In this document: positions 18,396 through 28,068 of the stretch, piece after piece
Layout: each line of letters starts with the position of its first letter
Numbering within the stretch: position 1 is the stretch's first letter
Assembly: GCA_965223265.1 (NCBI GenBank)
Contig: OZ244999.1
Location: 7,072,001-7,136,000 of the forward strand
Source: Planctomycetota bacterium
GTDB lineage: Bacteria > Planctomycetota > UBA8108 > SXIK01
Length of the DNA: 64,000 nucleotides
Reading direction: 5' to 3'
Position numbers and translations under genes: made by a program
The notes under the pieces: model-generated
Databases searched by the model: none
The model's input: only the letters and a program-made list of their open reading frames with translations
Told to the model about the DNA's origin: nothing

Positions 18396-21300
18396 ATGCT
18401 CCACCGATGGATCGATTGGTTCGCTCACAACGGCATCGCCGCGAACCTCCTCATGGTGCTCATCTTCGCCGGTGGCCTACTGACGCTGCCGCGTCTGAAG
18501 CAGGAGGTCTTTCCTGAATTCTCTTCGGATCGTATTCTCACCACCGTCGAGTACCGTGGAGCAGCGCCGGAAGAAGTCGAAGAAGGCGTCTGCGTCCGCA
18601 TCGAAGAGGCCGTGTACGGCCTGGCAGGCATCAAACGCATTACGTCCAACGCACGCGAGGGGATGGGCACCGTCAACATCGAGCTGCTCCCCGGTACCGA
18701 CACGGCCGTCCTACTCGATCAGGTCAAGGCGCGCGTCGATGCAATCGATACCTTCCCGGAGGAGACGGAACAGCCGGTCGTCGAGGAGCTGACGCTGCGC
18801 CGGCAAGTGATCGACGTTGCGGTCAGCGGCAAGACCGACGAACGCTCGCTGCGGCTCGTCGCAGAACGCGTGCGGGATGAAATCTCAGCCCTGCCGGGGA
18901 TCAGTCTGGTCAAGCTGGCCAACGCACGACCGTACGAAGTTTCCATCGAAGTCTCTGAGGAAGCGCTCCGCCGACATGGATTGACCTTCGCCGACGTCGC
19001 CCTGGCGGTGCGGCGTTCTTCTCTGGATCTTCCGGGCGGTTCGATCAAAACGCGCGGCGGCGAGATCCTGCTGCGAACCAAGGGACAAGCATACCGCGGT
19101 GACGAATTTGAGCTCCTAACTCTCATCTCACGACGGGATGGCACACGCCTACTCCTCAGCGATGTGGCCACGGTGATCGACGCGTTCGAAGACACGGAGC
19201 AAGAATCCTACTTCGACGGTGAGCGCGCCATTCTGCTGCAAGTGTTTCGCGTCGGCGATCAGAGTGCGCTCGAGATCGCTGCCACCGTGAAGGAGTACGT
19301 CGCCGCGGCTTCGACGCGTGTGCCGCACGGGATCTCACTGACGACTTGGCAAGACGACGCGGCGATTTTGGAGAGCCGCCTCGGGCTGCTCGTCAACAAC
19401 GGCCTCATGGGGCTCGCGTTTGTGTGCATCCTCTTGGCGCTCTTTTTGCGCCCAGCTCTCGCTTTTTGGGTCGCCCTCGGAATTCCGCTCAGTTTTCTCG
19501 GCTCAGTTTGGCTTCTTCCGGCGCTCGACATTTCGGTCAATCTCATCTCGCTCTTTGCGTTCATCATCGTGCTCGGCATTGTTGTCGACGATGCGATCGT
19601 GGTCGGCGAGAACGTGCATGCAGAGATGGAACGGGGAAAGTCGGCGCTCGAAGCTGCGATCACAGGAACGCGCGCAGTATCCGTTCCAGTTGTCTTTGCG
19701 ATTCTGACAACTGTAGCAGCGTTCGGACCGCTGCTCACTGTTCCCGGGAACACGGGCAAGATCATGAAAGTGATTCCCGGAATCGTGATCGCCACGCTTC
19801 TCTTTTCACTCATCGAATCACTCTTGATCCTACCCACCCACCTATCGCATTTGAGGAATCGCCCCGAACCCGGCGCGATCGGTGCCCTCTGGAACAGGTT
19901 TCAGTCGCTCGTCACCGGAGGTCTGAAGCTCCTGGTCCGCCGCGTCTACCGCCCCAGTCTCGATTTCTGTTTGCGCTGGCGCTATCTGACACTCGCCGTC
20001 GGCATCGTCACGCTCATCGTCACCGTTGGCATCGTCGCGAGCGGTCGCCTCAAGTTCGTGTTCTTTCCGCCGGTTGATGCCGACAACGTCGTGGGGTTTG
20101 TCACCATGCCACAGGGGACAGACGTTGAGACGACACGTGCTGCGGTGAAGAAGATGGAGGCAGCGGCTTTTCGGGTACGCCAGGAGCTGATCGATGCGGG
20201 AGGTCGGGGCAGGTTTGGGGAAGGAGGCGGAGGCAACGGAAGCAGAGACAGAGACAGAGACAGCGGCGGAGTTGGGGACGGACATGGGATCGTTGGGGAT
20301 CGCCGCGACGCCTACCGCCATGTCGTCAGCTCCATCGGTGGGCAACCTTATCGGGAAGCTCAGTCGCTCCGTCGTGGCCAGTCGGTCAACTTCTCGGGCT
20401 CGCACCTCGGCGAGGTCAACATCGAACTCGCTGCGGCAGAAACGCGTGGCGTGACGAGCACGACGATCGCTCGCCGCTGGCGAGAGGCTCTGGAATCCAT
20501 TCCCGATGCCATCGAAGTGGCGTTCACGTCCTCCCTCTTTTCGACCGGTGAAGCGATCAACATCCAGCTGTCGTCCGCTGACGTCGATCATCTGCAGAGC
20601 GCTGCGGCAGAGCTCAAAGAGCGGCTGGCGGGCTACCCCGGCGTCACCGATATCGCCGACTCGTTTCGTGCTGGCAAGCGCGAGCTCAAGTTGCGACTGA
20701 AGCCAGAGGCAGAGCCATTGGGACTCAGCCTTGCCGATCTCGCGCAGCAGGTCAGGCAGGGATTCTACGGTGAGGAGGTTCAGCGCATCCAGCGCGGCCG
20801 CGACGACGTGCGTGTCATGGTGCGGTACCCAGAAGCGGAGCGACGCTCACTCGCCGGACTTGAAACGATGCGGGTCCGCACCGCGCGCGGCGCAGAAGTA
20901 CCATTTTCGACCGTGGCTGCGGCCGAGCTCGGCCGTGGATACGCCGCCATCGAACGGGCGGACCGCCGCCGGACCGTCAACGTCACAGCGGACGTAGATC
21001 AAGCCCTTGCCAACGCCAACGAGATCCTCGCGGAACTGCGCTCCGGATTTCTCAGCGAGCTGTCGGCTCGCTACCCAGGACTCAGCTTCACTCTCGAGGG
21101 CGAACAGCGCGAGCAAGCAGAAACGTTCGGCGGCCTAAAAAGCGGTTTCGCCCTGGCGCTGGTCATCATTTACGCGCTGCTGGCCATCCCCTTTCGCTCA
21201 TACTTCCAACCGTTCATCGTCATGAGCGCCATCCCGTTCGGTGTCGTCGGTGTTGTCTGGGGGCATCTCATCATGGGTTTGCCGTTGACACTGCTATCGC

Positions 21301-21674
21301 TCTTCGGCCTCGTTGCACTGACCGGGGTCGTGGTGAACGACAGCTTGATCATGGTCGACTTCATCAACCGTGCACGCGCACAACACGCGCGCCTGCTCGA
21401 CGCCGTCAGGCAAGCAGGCGTGGCGCGATTCCGCCCCATCATCTTGACGTCGGTGACGACCTTCGCAGGCCTTTCTCCGCTGCTCTTCGAGCGCAGCATG
21501 CAGGCGCAGTTCCTCAAGCCGATGGCAGCGTCGCTCGGCTTCGGCGTCCTCTTCGCCACCGCGGTGACGCTCATCCTGGTGCCGGTCGGCTATCTGGTGC
21601 TCTACGACATCGGCCGGGTGTTCGGCTGGGCACGAACCGAAGAGAGGGAGAACGAGCTACAGAGAAACGCGTAG
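18396..21674 (+). CDS. RND efflux permease (AcrB/AcrD/AcrF family)
   Basis: [40 protein letters not shown]; two TM bundles. Confidence 0.95.
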   Translation: MLHRWIDWFAHNGIAANLLMVLIFAGGLLTLPRLKQEVFPEFSSDRILTTVEYRGAAPEEVEEGVCVRIEEAVYGLAGIKRITSNAREGMGTVNIELLPGTDTAVLLDQVKARVDAIDTFPEETEQPVVEELTLRRQVIDVAVSGKTDERSLRLVAERVRDEISALPGISLVKLANARPYEVSIEVSEEALRRHGLTFADVALAVRRSSLDLPGGSIKTRGGEILLRTKGQAYRGDEFELLTLISRRDGTRLLLSDVATVIDAFEDTEQESYFDGERAILLQVFRVGDQSALEIAATVKEYVAAASTRVPHGISLTTWQDDAAILESRLGLLVNNGLMGLAFVCILLALFLRPALAFWVALGIPLSFLGSVWLLPALDISVNLISLFAFIIVLGIVVDDAIVVGENVHAEMERGKSALEAAITGTRAVSVPVVFAILTTVAAFGPLLTVPGNTGKIMKVIPGIVIATLLFSLIESLLILPTHLSHLRNRPEPGAIGALWNRFQSLVTGGLKLLVRRVYRPSLDFCLRWRYLTLAVGIVTLIVTVGIVASGRLKFVFFPPVDADNVVGFVTMPQGTDVETTRAAVKKMEAAAFRVRQELIDAGGRGRFGEGGGGNGSRDRDRDSGGVGDGHGIVGDRRDAYRHVVSSIGGQPYREAQSLRRGQSVNFSGSHLGEVNIELAAAETRGVTSTTIARRWREALESIPDAIEVAFTSSLFSTGEAINIQLSSADVDHLQSAAAELKERLAGYPGVTDIADSFRAGKRELKLRLKPEAEPLGLSLADLAQQVRQGFYGEEVQRIQRGRDDVRVMVRYPEAERRSLAGLETMRVRTARGAEVPFSTVAAAELGRGYAAIERADRRRTVNVTADVDQALANANEILAELRSGFLSELSARYPGLSFTLEGEQREQAETFGGLKSGFALALVIIYALLAIPFRSYFQPFIVMSAIPFGVVGVVWGHLIMGLPLTLLSLFGLVALTGVVVNDSLIMVDFINRARAQHARLLDAVRQAGVARFRPIILTSVTTFAGLSPLLFERSMQAQFLKPMAASLGFGVLFATAVTLILVPVGYLVLYDIGRVFGWARTEERENELQRNA

Positions 21675-21719
21675 GCTGCGCCGGGCGAGGCGAGAGGGTG
21701 CTTCGGTCGACGGTCCCGG

Positions 21720-21762
21720 GTTTGCGTTTGCGTTTGCGTTTGCGTGGGCGTGGGCGTGGGCG
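21720..21762. repeat. Compound hexamer microsatellite (GTTTGC)4(GTGGGC)3
   Basis: Read directly, between the convergent RND permease and gspD 3' ends. Confidence 0.85.
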
Positions 21763-21886
21763 TTTCCCAAAGTAGCAGGCACACAGCGAGGCTGCGAATC
21801 TTCTCAGACATGCCGTCGAAATTCACGGTCACGGTCCACGCTCACGTCCGGACGGCAAACAGCGACGGGGTCAGCGACCGCTCGCC

Positions 21887-24800
21887 CTACCGTCGGTACG
21901 GCGGCGGTGGGCCGATCTGGACGGCGGTCTCTCCTGGAGGAACGGCTGTCTCAACGCCATCGGTGTCACTCTCCGGCTCGCTGGATTCCTCAGACTCGTC
22001 GGACTCGTCCTCGGATTCTTCCGATGCTTCTCCGTCCCACTCCAGGATGCCCCGAGCCCGTTCCTGCTCCGCTCGCAGCAGCGCTTCAACCTCTTCCGGG
22101 CTGCGGGTCACAGTCGGCCTCAGAAACACCATCAACTCAACGTCGCGCACCATCGAATCCCGTTTCTTGAACAGCCAACCGAGGAGGGGAATGTCGCCGA
22201 GGATCGGCACCTTCCGCTCCACTTCCGACTCCTCGCGCTGCAGAATTCCGCCGAGCACGATCGTCTGACCGCTCTTGACGGATAGATCGGTGCGATAGTT
22301 CCGCGTGTCGATGATCGCCCCACCAAAGAGCGTCTCGCCGGATCGCTGTTGGGACGCCTCGACGCGGACCCTGAGCGCCACCTCGTCGTCGTTGTTGATG
22401 TGCGGTGTCAACTCGAGAATGATGCCGACGTCGATGTACTCAAACGAGTCGTTTCGAGTGCCCTCGGGTGACAGCTGACTGTCTTCGATGAACGGAATCT
22501 GCGACCCGATGAAAAGCTTGCCACGCTGATTGTCCGCGACATTGATGCGGGGTTCAGCGCGCACGCGCGTGTCGGTGTTCTTGCGCAAGAACTGCAGAAG
22601 CAAGTCGAGATCAACGGCACCTTCGATCAGCCCAGTTCGAAGCGCCCCCGGCAATTCGGTTCCACTGAAGACCTCCCGGTACGACGCGCCACTGTTCACG
22701 ATGACCGAGTCGTCGAAATCGTCGTCCTCGAACAGGCGTGCACCATCAGGCGAAAAACGCGTTCCTAAGCGCTCGCGGTCGTCCACGGAGATCTCAATGA
22801 TTTTGGCCTCGATCAACACCTGCGCTGTCGGCACGTCCATGCTGTCGACGAGCTTCAGCACCGAGGCGAACAGATGTGGATTCGTGGAGATGAGCAGAGC
22901 GTTCGTCCGGTTGTCGGGCACGACGCGGACCTTACCTATGAGCTCGCTGCCAGTACTCACGAGCCGGCCCGTCGATGTCTGACGGGGATCCTCTCGTCCG
23001 CTGCCAAGCCATGGGTAGTACGACTCCTCCACGGTTTCCTCTTCCAACTCGAATCCACGGGACATGCTGTCGTCATCTTCAGCGTTCTGTCGCTGTCGTG
23101 CCGCCTGCTGTTGTTGCCGCGGCGTCTGCCGCATGGGCGGAGCGCCGCGCTGCGCGAACAAGATGTTGATCGTGTTCGCAACCGTGGCGGCACGCGCGAA
23201 TCGCAGCGGAACGGTCACCGACGTCTCACCACCCGGTGACTGCACGTCGATCTCCGCCACCATGGCGGCGATCGCATTCAGGTTCTCGACCGAGTTGCTA
23301 GCGACGATGATTGAATTCGTCTCCGGTAAACTCGTGATTCTGACTTTGCCGTAGAGGCGTCCGATGTCCGTTTGGTCTTCCGGCTCCGGATCCCACCAAC
23401 GACGCGACCGACGTTCCTTCTTGAGGAAAAGAACGTTGAGGACGTCCTCGACGTCGTACGCCCGTACGTAGCGCAGCGGAATGATCTTGGGTACGAGCTC
23501 GTCGCCTTCGACCGGTTCGTCGAGCGTCTCGACCATCTTGGCGATCGTGTCGATCTCGGACGGCGGTGCGAGGACAATCACGGCGTTGCGTCGACGGTCG
23601 GCAACGAACTGTGTCTTGTCGCCACTCGAACGCCGTCGGTACTGGAGCCACGAGAAGTCCCACGTATTGGTGCCCTTGTTAAGGCCCGTGTAGAGCTCAA
23701 GGAGTTGTTCCGAAACCTCCTCCGCGTCGGCGCTCTGGAGCCGAAAAACCTTTAAGGTGTTGTCCTCAGCAGCCTCGGTGTCAAGTTTCTCCACGAGCGT
23801 GCGGATCTCTGCAAACTCTTCTTCGTTCGACAAGATGATGAGCGAATTCGAGCGAGCGTGCGCAGCGATCTCGCGCACTTGTTCCAAACCAGTGCCCCGT
23901 AGGCTGCGGTAGAGCGGCGCCAGGTCCTCGACGATCTCTATAGCTTCCACGAACCGCATCGGCAGGACACGCACTGCGAGATCCGCCGGCTTCGCCGTGT
24001 CGAGTTTTTCAATCAGCAACCGCACGTCACTGAGACGACGGGTCGGCACCGTGGCGATCAAGCGGTTGTTCACAGGATCGGGGATGAAACTGAACGTGCC
24101 GCCGCTAGCCGCCGGTGGACCACTCGATGGCTTCTTGCCATCACCTCCTGGTGGCTGGGGTTTCGACCCCTTCGGCGCAGCCCCACCGCCGCCCGCGAAG
24201 ACCGCGGATAACACAGTCGCCAACTCAGTCGCGACAGCATTGTGGAGCTGAAAGACGTCGGTGACCCGATCGCCGACTTCGGGGAGATCGAGGGTTTTCG
24301 CCAGCTCCTCAGCAAGACTGACGTTGTCGGCGTGATCGGTGACGATGATGACGTTCGCCTGTTCGCCGATCTGAACGTTGGCCGCAGCGGAGAGGACAGC
24401 CTTGAGTTTCGACTCGACTTTCGCGGCGCTAGCAAATTTGAGCGGTATCCTGCGGACCACACGCCGCTTACCCTCGAGCGGCGCCTCGTCGCCATCCACC
24501 CACTCCGGTGCGATTTTTGCGGCGTCGCTCTCTGGCACGATGTAGATCGCATCGCGCGTCTCGATGGCGGCGAATCCTTCGAGCGCCAAGGCTCGGTGGA
24601 CGTGCCGCACCGCCTCCGACAGCGTCAACTGCCGCGAACTCATGACGTTGAGCTGACACTGGACTTTCGGATGCTTGATGATCGTTTTGCCGCTAATCTC
24701 GCCGAGCCACTTGGCGACGAGGTCGATCTTCGCGTCCTTGAAACTAAGGTTCACAAGTCGCGCGCGGTCCATCTTACTGACGGCCGTGGTGAGCCCGGCG

Positions 24801-25036
24801 GCGCCGGCGCCGGGGTTAGCCGCCGCGGGTCGCGCGTCGGCCGGCGGTGTCGCTTCGGCGACCGCATCGTTGGCAACACCCTCCTTCCCATGGTCGCCTC
24901 CTTTTTCGGCCGGTTGCGTCGTCTGCGCACCGGTCAATGCTGAAAACACAAGAATTTGTGCGACCGCAACGAAACAAACCAGCATGAAGTGAGTCTTCGA
25001 TTTTATGTGTGATGACGAGAATCTCATTTCGTTCAC
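21887..25036 (-). CDS. gspD: Type II secretion secretin GspD
   Basis: N0 LSFKDAKIDLV, multiple Secretin_N repeats, QVLIEAKIIE, DVGIILELTPHIN, KVPILGDIPLLGWLFK. Confidence 0.92.
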   Translation of the reverse strand: MNEMRFSSSHIKSKTHFMLVCFVAVAQILVFSALTGAQTTQPAEKGGDHGKEGVANDAVAEATPPADARPAAANPGAGAAGLTTAVSKMDRARLVNLSFKDAKIDLVAKWLGEISGKTIIKHPKVQCQLNVMSSRQLTLSEAVRHVHRALALEGFAAIETRDAIYIVPESDAAKIAPEWVDGDEAPLEGKRRVVRRIPLKFASAAKVESKLKAVLSAAANVQIGEQANVIIVTDHADNVSLAEELAKTLDLPEVGDRVTDVFQLHNAVATELATVLSAVFAGGGGAAPKGSKPQPPGGDGKKPSSGPPAASGGTFSFIPDPVNNRLIATVPTRRLSDVRLLIEKLDTAKPADLAVRVLPMRFVEAIEIVEDLAPLYRSLRGTGLEQVREIAAHARSNSLIILSNEEEFAEIRTLVEKLDTEAAEDNTLKVFRLQSADAEEVSEQLLELYTGLNKGTNTWDFSWLQYRRRSSGDKTQFVADRRRNAVIVLAPPSEIDTIAKMVETLDEPVEGDELVPKIIPLRYVRAYDVEDVLNVLFLKKERRSRRWWDPEPEDQTDIGRLYGKVRITSLPETNSIIVASNSVENLNAIAAMVAEIDVQSPGGETSVTVPLRFARAATVANTINILFAQRGAPPMRQTPRQQQQAARQRQNAEDDDSMSRGFELEEETVEESYYPWLGSGREDPRQTSTGRLVSTGSELIGKVRVVPDNRTNALLISTNPHLFASVLKLVDSMDVPTAQVLIEAKIIEISVDDRERLGTRFSPDGARLFEDDDFDDSVIVNSGASYREVFSGTELPGALRTGLIEGAVDLDLLLQFLRKNTDTRVRAEPRINVADNQRGKLFIGSQIPFIEDSQLSPEGTRNDSFEYIDVGIILELTPHINNDDEVALRVRVEASQQRSGETLFGGAIIDTRNYRTDLSVKSGQTIVLGGILQREESEVERKVPILGDIPLLGWLFKKRDSMVRDVELMVFLRPTVTRSPEEVEALLRAEQERARGILEWDGEASEESEDESDESEESSEPESDTDGVETAVPPGETAVQIGPPPPYRR

Positions 25037-25539
25037 GGCTTCTGATCCTTTTCTTCAGCGAGGAGCGAAGGGCTTCCCATCCCGGAGTACACAGTGAGCT
25101 CTTGTTTCTTACCTTCGAATTCGATCAAGACACGATTCGTCGCGATCTTCACTACTTTGACGCCACCTAGCTCCTCTCCTTCGCGCACAAGGTCCTCTCG
25201 TCCGTCTGGCGCACGCAGCATGGCTCGCTCGCCGATCACTCCAATGAGGAGCGGCTTCGGCTTGGGTGCTTGCGGCGCCTTGCCGAGGATGCCACTCGTG
25301 ACGATGATCTCGAAGCGCGGTGGGAACGCCGGCTGAGGTCTCTTCTTAGCGCCCTCGTCGTCCGACGCAGCCACTGGAACTTCGACTTGTGACTCCGTGG
25401 ACGAACCGGGAGCGGTGTCGACAAGACGCATCTCTGGCCCCTCCTCCGCACTTGTCAGGAGGGTGAAGGCCTGCCAACCAATGATGCACGCAAGTATCAA
25501 GGCCAAGAGGCGCAGCAGTCGCACCAGCGATTCACGCAT
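25033..25539 (-). CDS. GspC-like T2SS protein (TM plus HR domain, no PDZ)
   Basis: TM segment then LIGVIGERAML, GEELGGVKVVKIATNRVLIEFEGKKQEL; lies just before gspD. Confidence 0.65.
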   Translation of the reverse strand: MRESLVRLLRLLALILACIIGWQAFTLLTSAEEGPEMRLVDTAPGSSTESQVEVPVAASDDEGAKKRPQPAFPPRFEIIVTSGILGKAPQAPKPKPLLIGVIGERAMLRAPDGREDLVREGEELGGVKVVKIATNRVLIEFEGKKQELTVYSGMGSPSLLAEEKDQKP

Positions 25540-26095
25540 CTTGAACCTCCACGTTTTGTCTCCACTTACCGACGCTATGAACCACGAACGACATGGTGAA
25601 CTTGAGCTGCCCCGGTTGCTTCGGATCGGCGTTGAACGTGACCCGATCGACGGTGACCGGAAAACCAAGGCGCGGTAGTGCATGAAGGAAGCGCGCCACT
25701 GCGCTGACAGTCCCCTGCCCCTCGGTTTGAACAACAGCCAGCTGGCCACTCGCAACACTCGACGACGTCTCCTTTGACGGGCCGAGGCCAACTCCGTGCG
25801 TCTTCGCCGCCTCGCTGACCGCGGTACCGGCTTCGCTGACGAGAGTCGTGTCGTCGAGGCTGGCCGGATCCATGCCGAAGACTTCTCGATACTTTCTCCG
25901 TCGAGCCTGCCGATCTCGAGCTGTCAGCACCTTCGCCTGCAGAGCCGTCGCTTCGTCACGCAGCGTCTGATAGCTTTGCTCCCAGGCGACGAGGCGTCCC
26001 CAGCCTTCGACCCCGTAGAAGAACACTAGGTAAACAGCCAAGACGCCTAAGGCGATGCGGACGGTGCGCCGTTCTCTATCGGACAGTTTTTGCAT
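25532..26095 (-). CDS. GspM/PilO-like T2SS inner-membrane platform protein
   Basis: LSDRERR, TM, coiled coil, ferredoxin-like end (VARFLHAL); operon position. Confidence 0.7.
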   Translation of the reverse strand: MQKLSDRERRTVRIALGVLAVYLVFFYGVEGWGRLVAWEQSYQTLRDEATALQAKVLTARDRQARRRKYREVFGMDPASLDDTTLVSEAGTAVSEAAKTHGVGLGPSKETSSSVASGQLAVVQTEGQGTVSAVARFLHALPRLGFPVTVDRVTFNADPKQPGQLKFTMSFVVHSVGKWRQNVEVQDA

Positions 26096-26163
26096 TCCGT
26101 TTCCGCTTTCTTCGTAGCGTCATCTCGTTGCTTCTCGCTCTGTTTCGCCGCACGCGTTCACTT

Positions 26164-26240
26164 CATGGTTCATCGCATGGTTCATCGCATGGTTCATTGC
26201 ATGGATTCACTGCACGGATTCGTTGCATGGATTCACTGCA
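26164..26240. repeat. 12-13-nt degenerate tandem repeat (CATGG(A)TTCA(T/C)(C/T)G x6) after the gspL stop
   Basis: catggttcatcg x2, catggttcattg, catggattcactg, cacggattcgttg, catggattcactg. Confidence 0.85.
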
Positions 26241-28068
26241 CCGTAGCCGGCTCGCTGTCGGTTCCGGCAGAAGGTGACGTGCTGCCCGCCGTTGAGCGTC
26301 GCGGATCGACCTGCGCACGTGATACCCCGTTGGCCGCTGGCGGCGTTGCTTGCTGATCTGGTGCTGCCGCTTTTGGCTCCACTTTCTCTGTCGGTGTCTC
26401 GCCTGGCGCTGGTTTCAACTTCTGCGCAGCCGATTCTGACCGTGGTGACTTCGAAACGATGTTAGTGCCGTTCGCAGCGGGCGCCGGTGTGCTGCCGTCA
26501 GACGAAACCGGTTTCGACTGTTCCACGATGCGAGCCAAGAATCGAAAGTCCGTGTGCTCTTCCTTGGGCACGAGTTCCTGCACCACGACTTGCGAGAACA
26601 AACCGCACGAGCTCAGCTTTTTGCGATATTCCTCAACATGCGGCCGCTGTTTGATTCGACCGCGCAGGCGGACTTCGCCGCGATGGTCCATCGAAAGCTC
26701 CGAGAGAAACGTCCCCTTCGGGGCGGCTGCCGCCAGCGAATGCATCGCTTCAAGATACGGTGCGGTGTTTACGCTTAGATTCTCGAAGAAGGCTAGCTCA
26801 CCTCCGATCGGTGGCAACGCCGAGAGTTCTTGACGATACCGCGCGATCTTCGCTTCGAGATCCGGTCGCGACAGAAGCGGCGGCAGAATCCTCAATGCGA
26901 TGACGCCGATCGTGAGTAGAACGCAGACCGTCGCCCAGCGCGCGACGGTCGCCGGGCGTCGTGCCTCTTTCACGTTCGGAGATTCCGTCACAGTCTCGAA
27001 GCGCATCGCGACCGGCAAGCCGTTGACCATTTTTTCGCGCTGATTCGAAGCGAGTGCAGTCGTCACCACCGAACGGCCTGGCCCGGCTGGCGGCTCGGGC
27101 ACGTCGACACGGACCTCGGAAGCAGTGACTCTGCGGAGTGATCGCTCCAGCGCGGCGCACGATTCGCGTCGATCTGCGGCATGGCTCAAGACGACGACAC
27201 GCATCGGGGAGCCGGAGCGCTCCGCCACGCCCGCCGCACTCCACGCGTCGCGAATCTCTGCAGCCAGCTCTCGGGCACGCGTCGCGACCAAGTCTGGCGC
27301 CCCATCAGAGGCAAGCCTCGAGGCTACGTCGGCGTTCGAAGCGCCTGGCCGTTGCTGCTCGGCATCGCTTGTCGTACCGCCATTGAGCCCCGACTCCGAC
27401 ACGTCGTCCTGTACGCCACAGCCCCATGGAAGACTTCTCAGGAGTACTGGGTGACCCGCCTCCACGACGACCAGCTCGGTGTGAGATTTGCGGATGTCGA
27501 CAACACAGACCGCGCCGCGCTCCTCCACGAACGGCCAAGCCGCCGCAAGAATGCCCAGCGTGAACGTCGCTCTGACTCCGCCGTCCGCGAGGACATCGCG
27601 AAGCTCGCAGAGCACCTCCCGGCGCACGACAGCAACAAGGTGAGCTCGTGTAGCGTCGGCATCACGGGACCGGTGATTTCGCCCAAGCGGCGCCCATGGG
27701 AGAGACGCGACCGCGAGCCGTTCGATCGCCACCGGCATCTCGCGTTCGAGCTGTAGACGCAGCAGCCGCTCTGTCTCAGTGGGAGCCGCGCTTGGGACCT
27801 CAACTCGGCGCAGGGTCACACCACGGCAGGAGATACCGCAAAGCCCTGACCGCAGCTGCCGCTCGCGAAGGGCAGCGTCTCGAGGCAGACCGAAGAGTTC
27901 GCGCAGCCCCCGACGCACTGCTTCGCGCGACGATGCCGTGATGCTCCCATCGGCGGAGCGATCGATCGCGATTTCGGTTCCCGTCTCGCCCCACAACACA
28001 CTAACGGAATTCCAGCCGACGTCGATGAAAGGCATGCGGTTGCGTGCGGTCAGCGAAGCGCGTCTCAC
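26233..28068 (-). CDS. GspL-like protein (actin-like cytoplasmic PilM-like part, TM, PilN-like periplasmic part)
   Basis: FIDVGWNSV and CVVDIRKSHTELVV actin-fold strands, TM, PKGTFLSELSMD-EVRLRG; lies between gspK and gspM. Confidence 0.7.
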   Translation of the reverse strand: MRRASLTARNRMPFIDVGWNSVSVLWGETGTEIAIDRSADGSITASSREAVRRGLRELFGLPRDAALRERQLRSGLCGISCRGVTLRRVEVPSAAPTETERLLRLQLEREMPVAIERLAVASLPWAPLGRNHRSRDADATRAHLVAVVRREVLCELRDVLADGGVRATFTLGILAAAWPFVEERGAVCVVDIRKSHTELVVVEAGHPVLLRSLPWGCGVQDDVSESGLNGGTTSDAEQQRPGASNADVASRLASDGAPDLVATRARELAAEIRDAWSAAGVAERSGSPMRVVVLSHAADRRESCAALERSLRRVTASEVRVDVPEPPAGPGRSVVTTALASNQREKMVNGLPVAMRFETVTESPNVKEARRPATVARWATVCVLLTIGVIALRILPPLLSRPDLEAKIARYRQELSALPPIGGELAFFENLSVNTAPYLEAMHSLAAAAPKGTFLSELSMDHRGEVRLRGRIKQRPHVEEYRKKLSSCGLFSQVVVQELVPKEEHTDFRFLARIVEQSKPVSSDGSTPAPAANGTNIVSKSPRSESAAQKLKPAPGETPTEKVEPKAAAPDQQATPPAANGVSRAQVDPRRSTAGSTSPSAGTDSEPATVQ

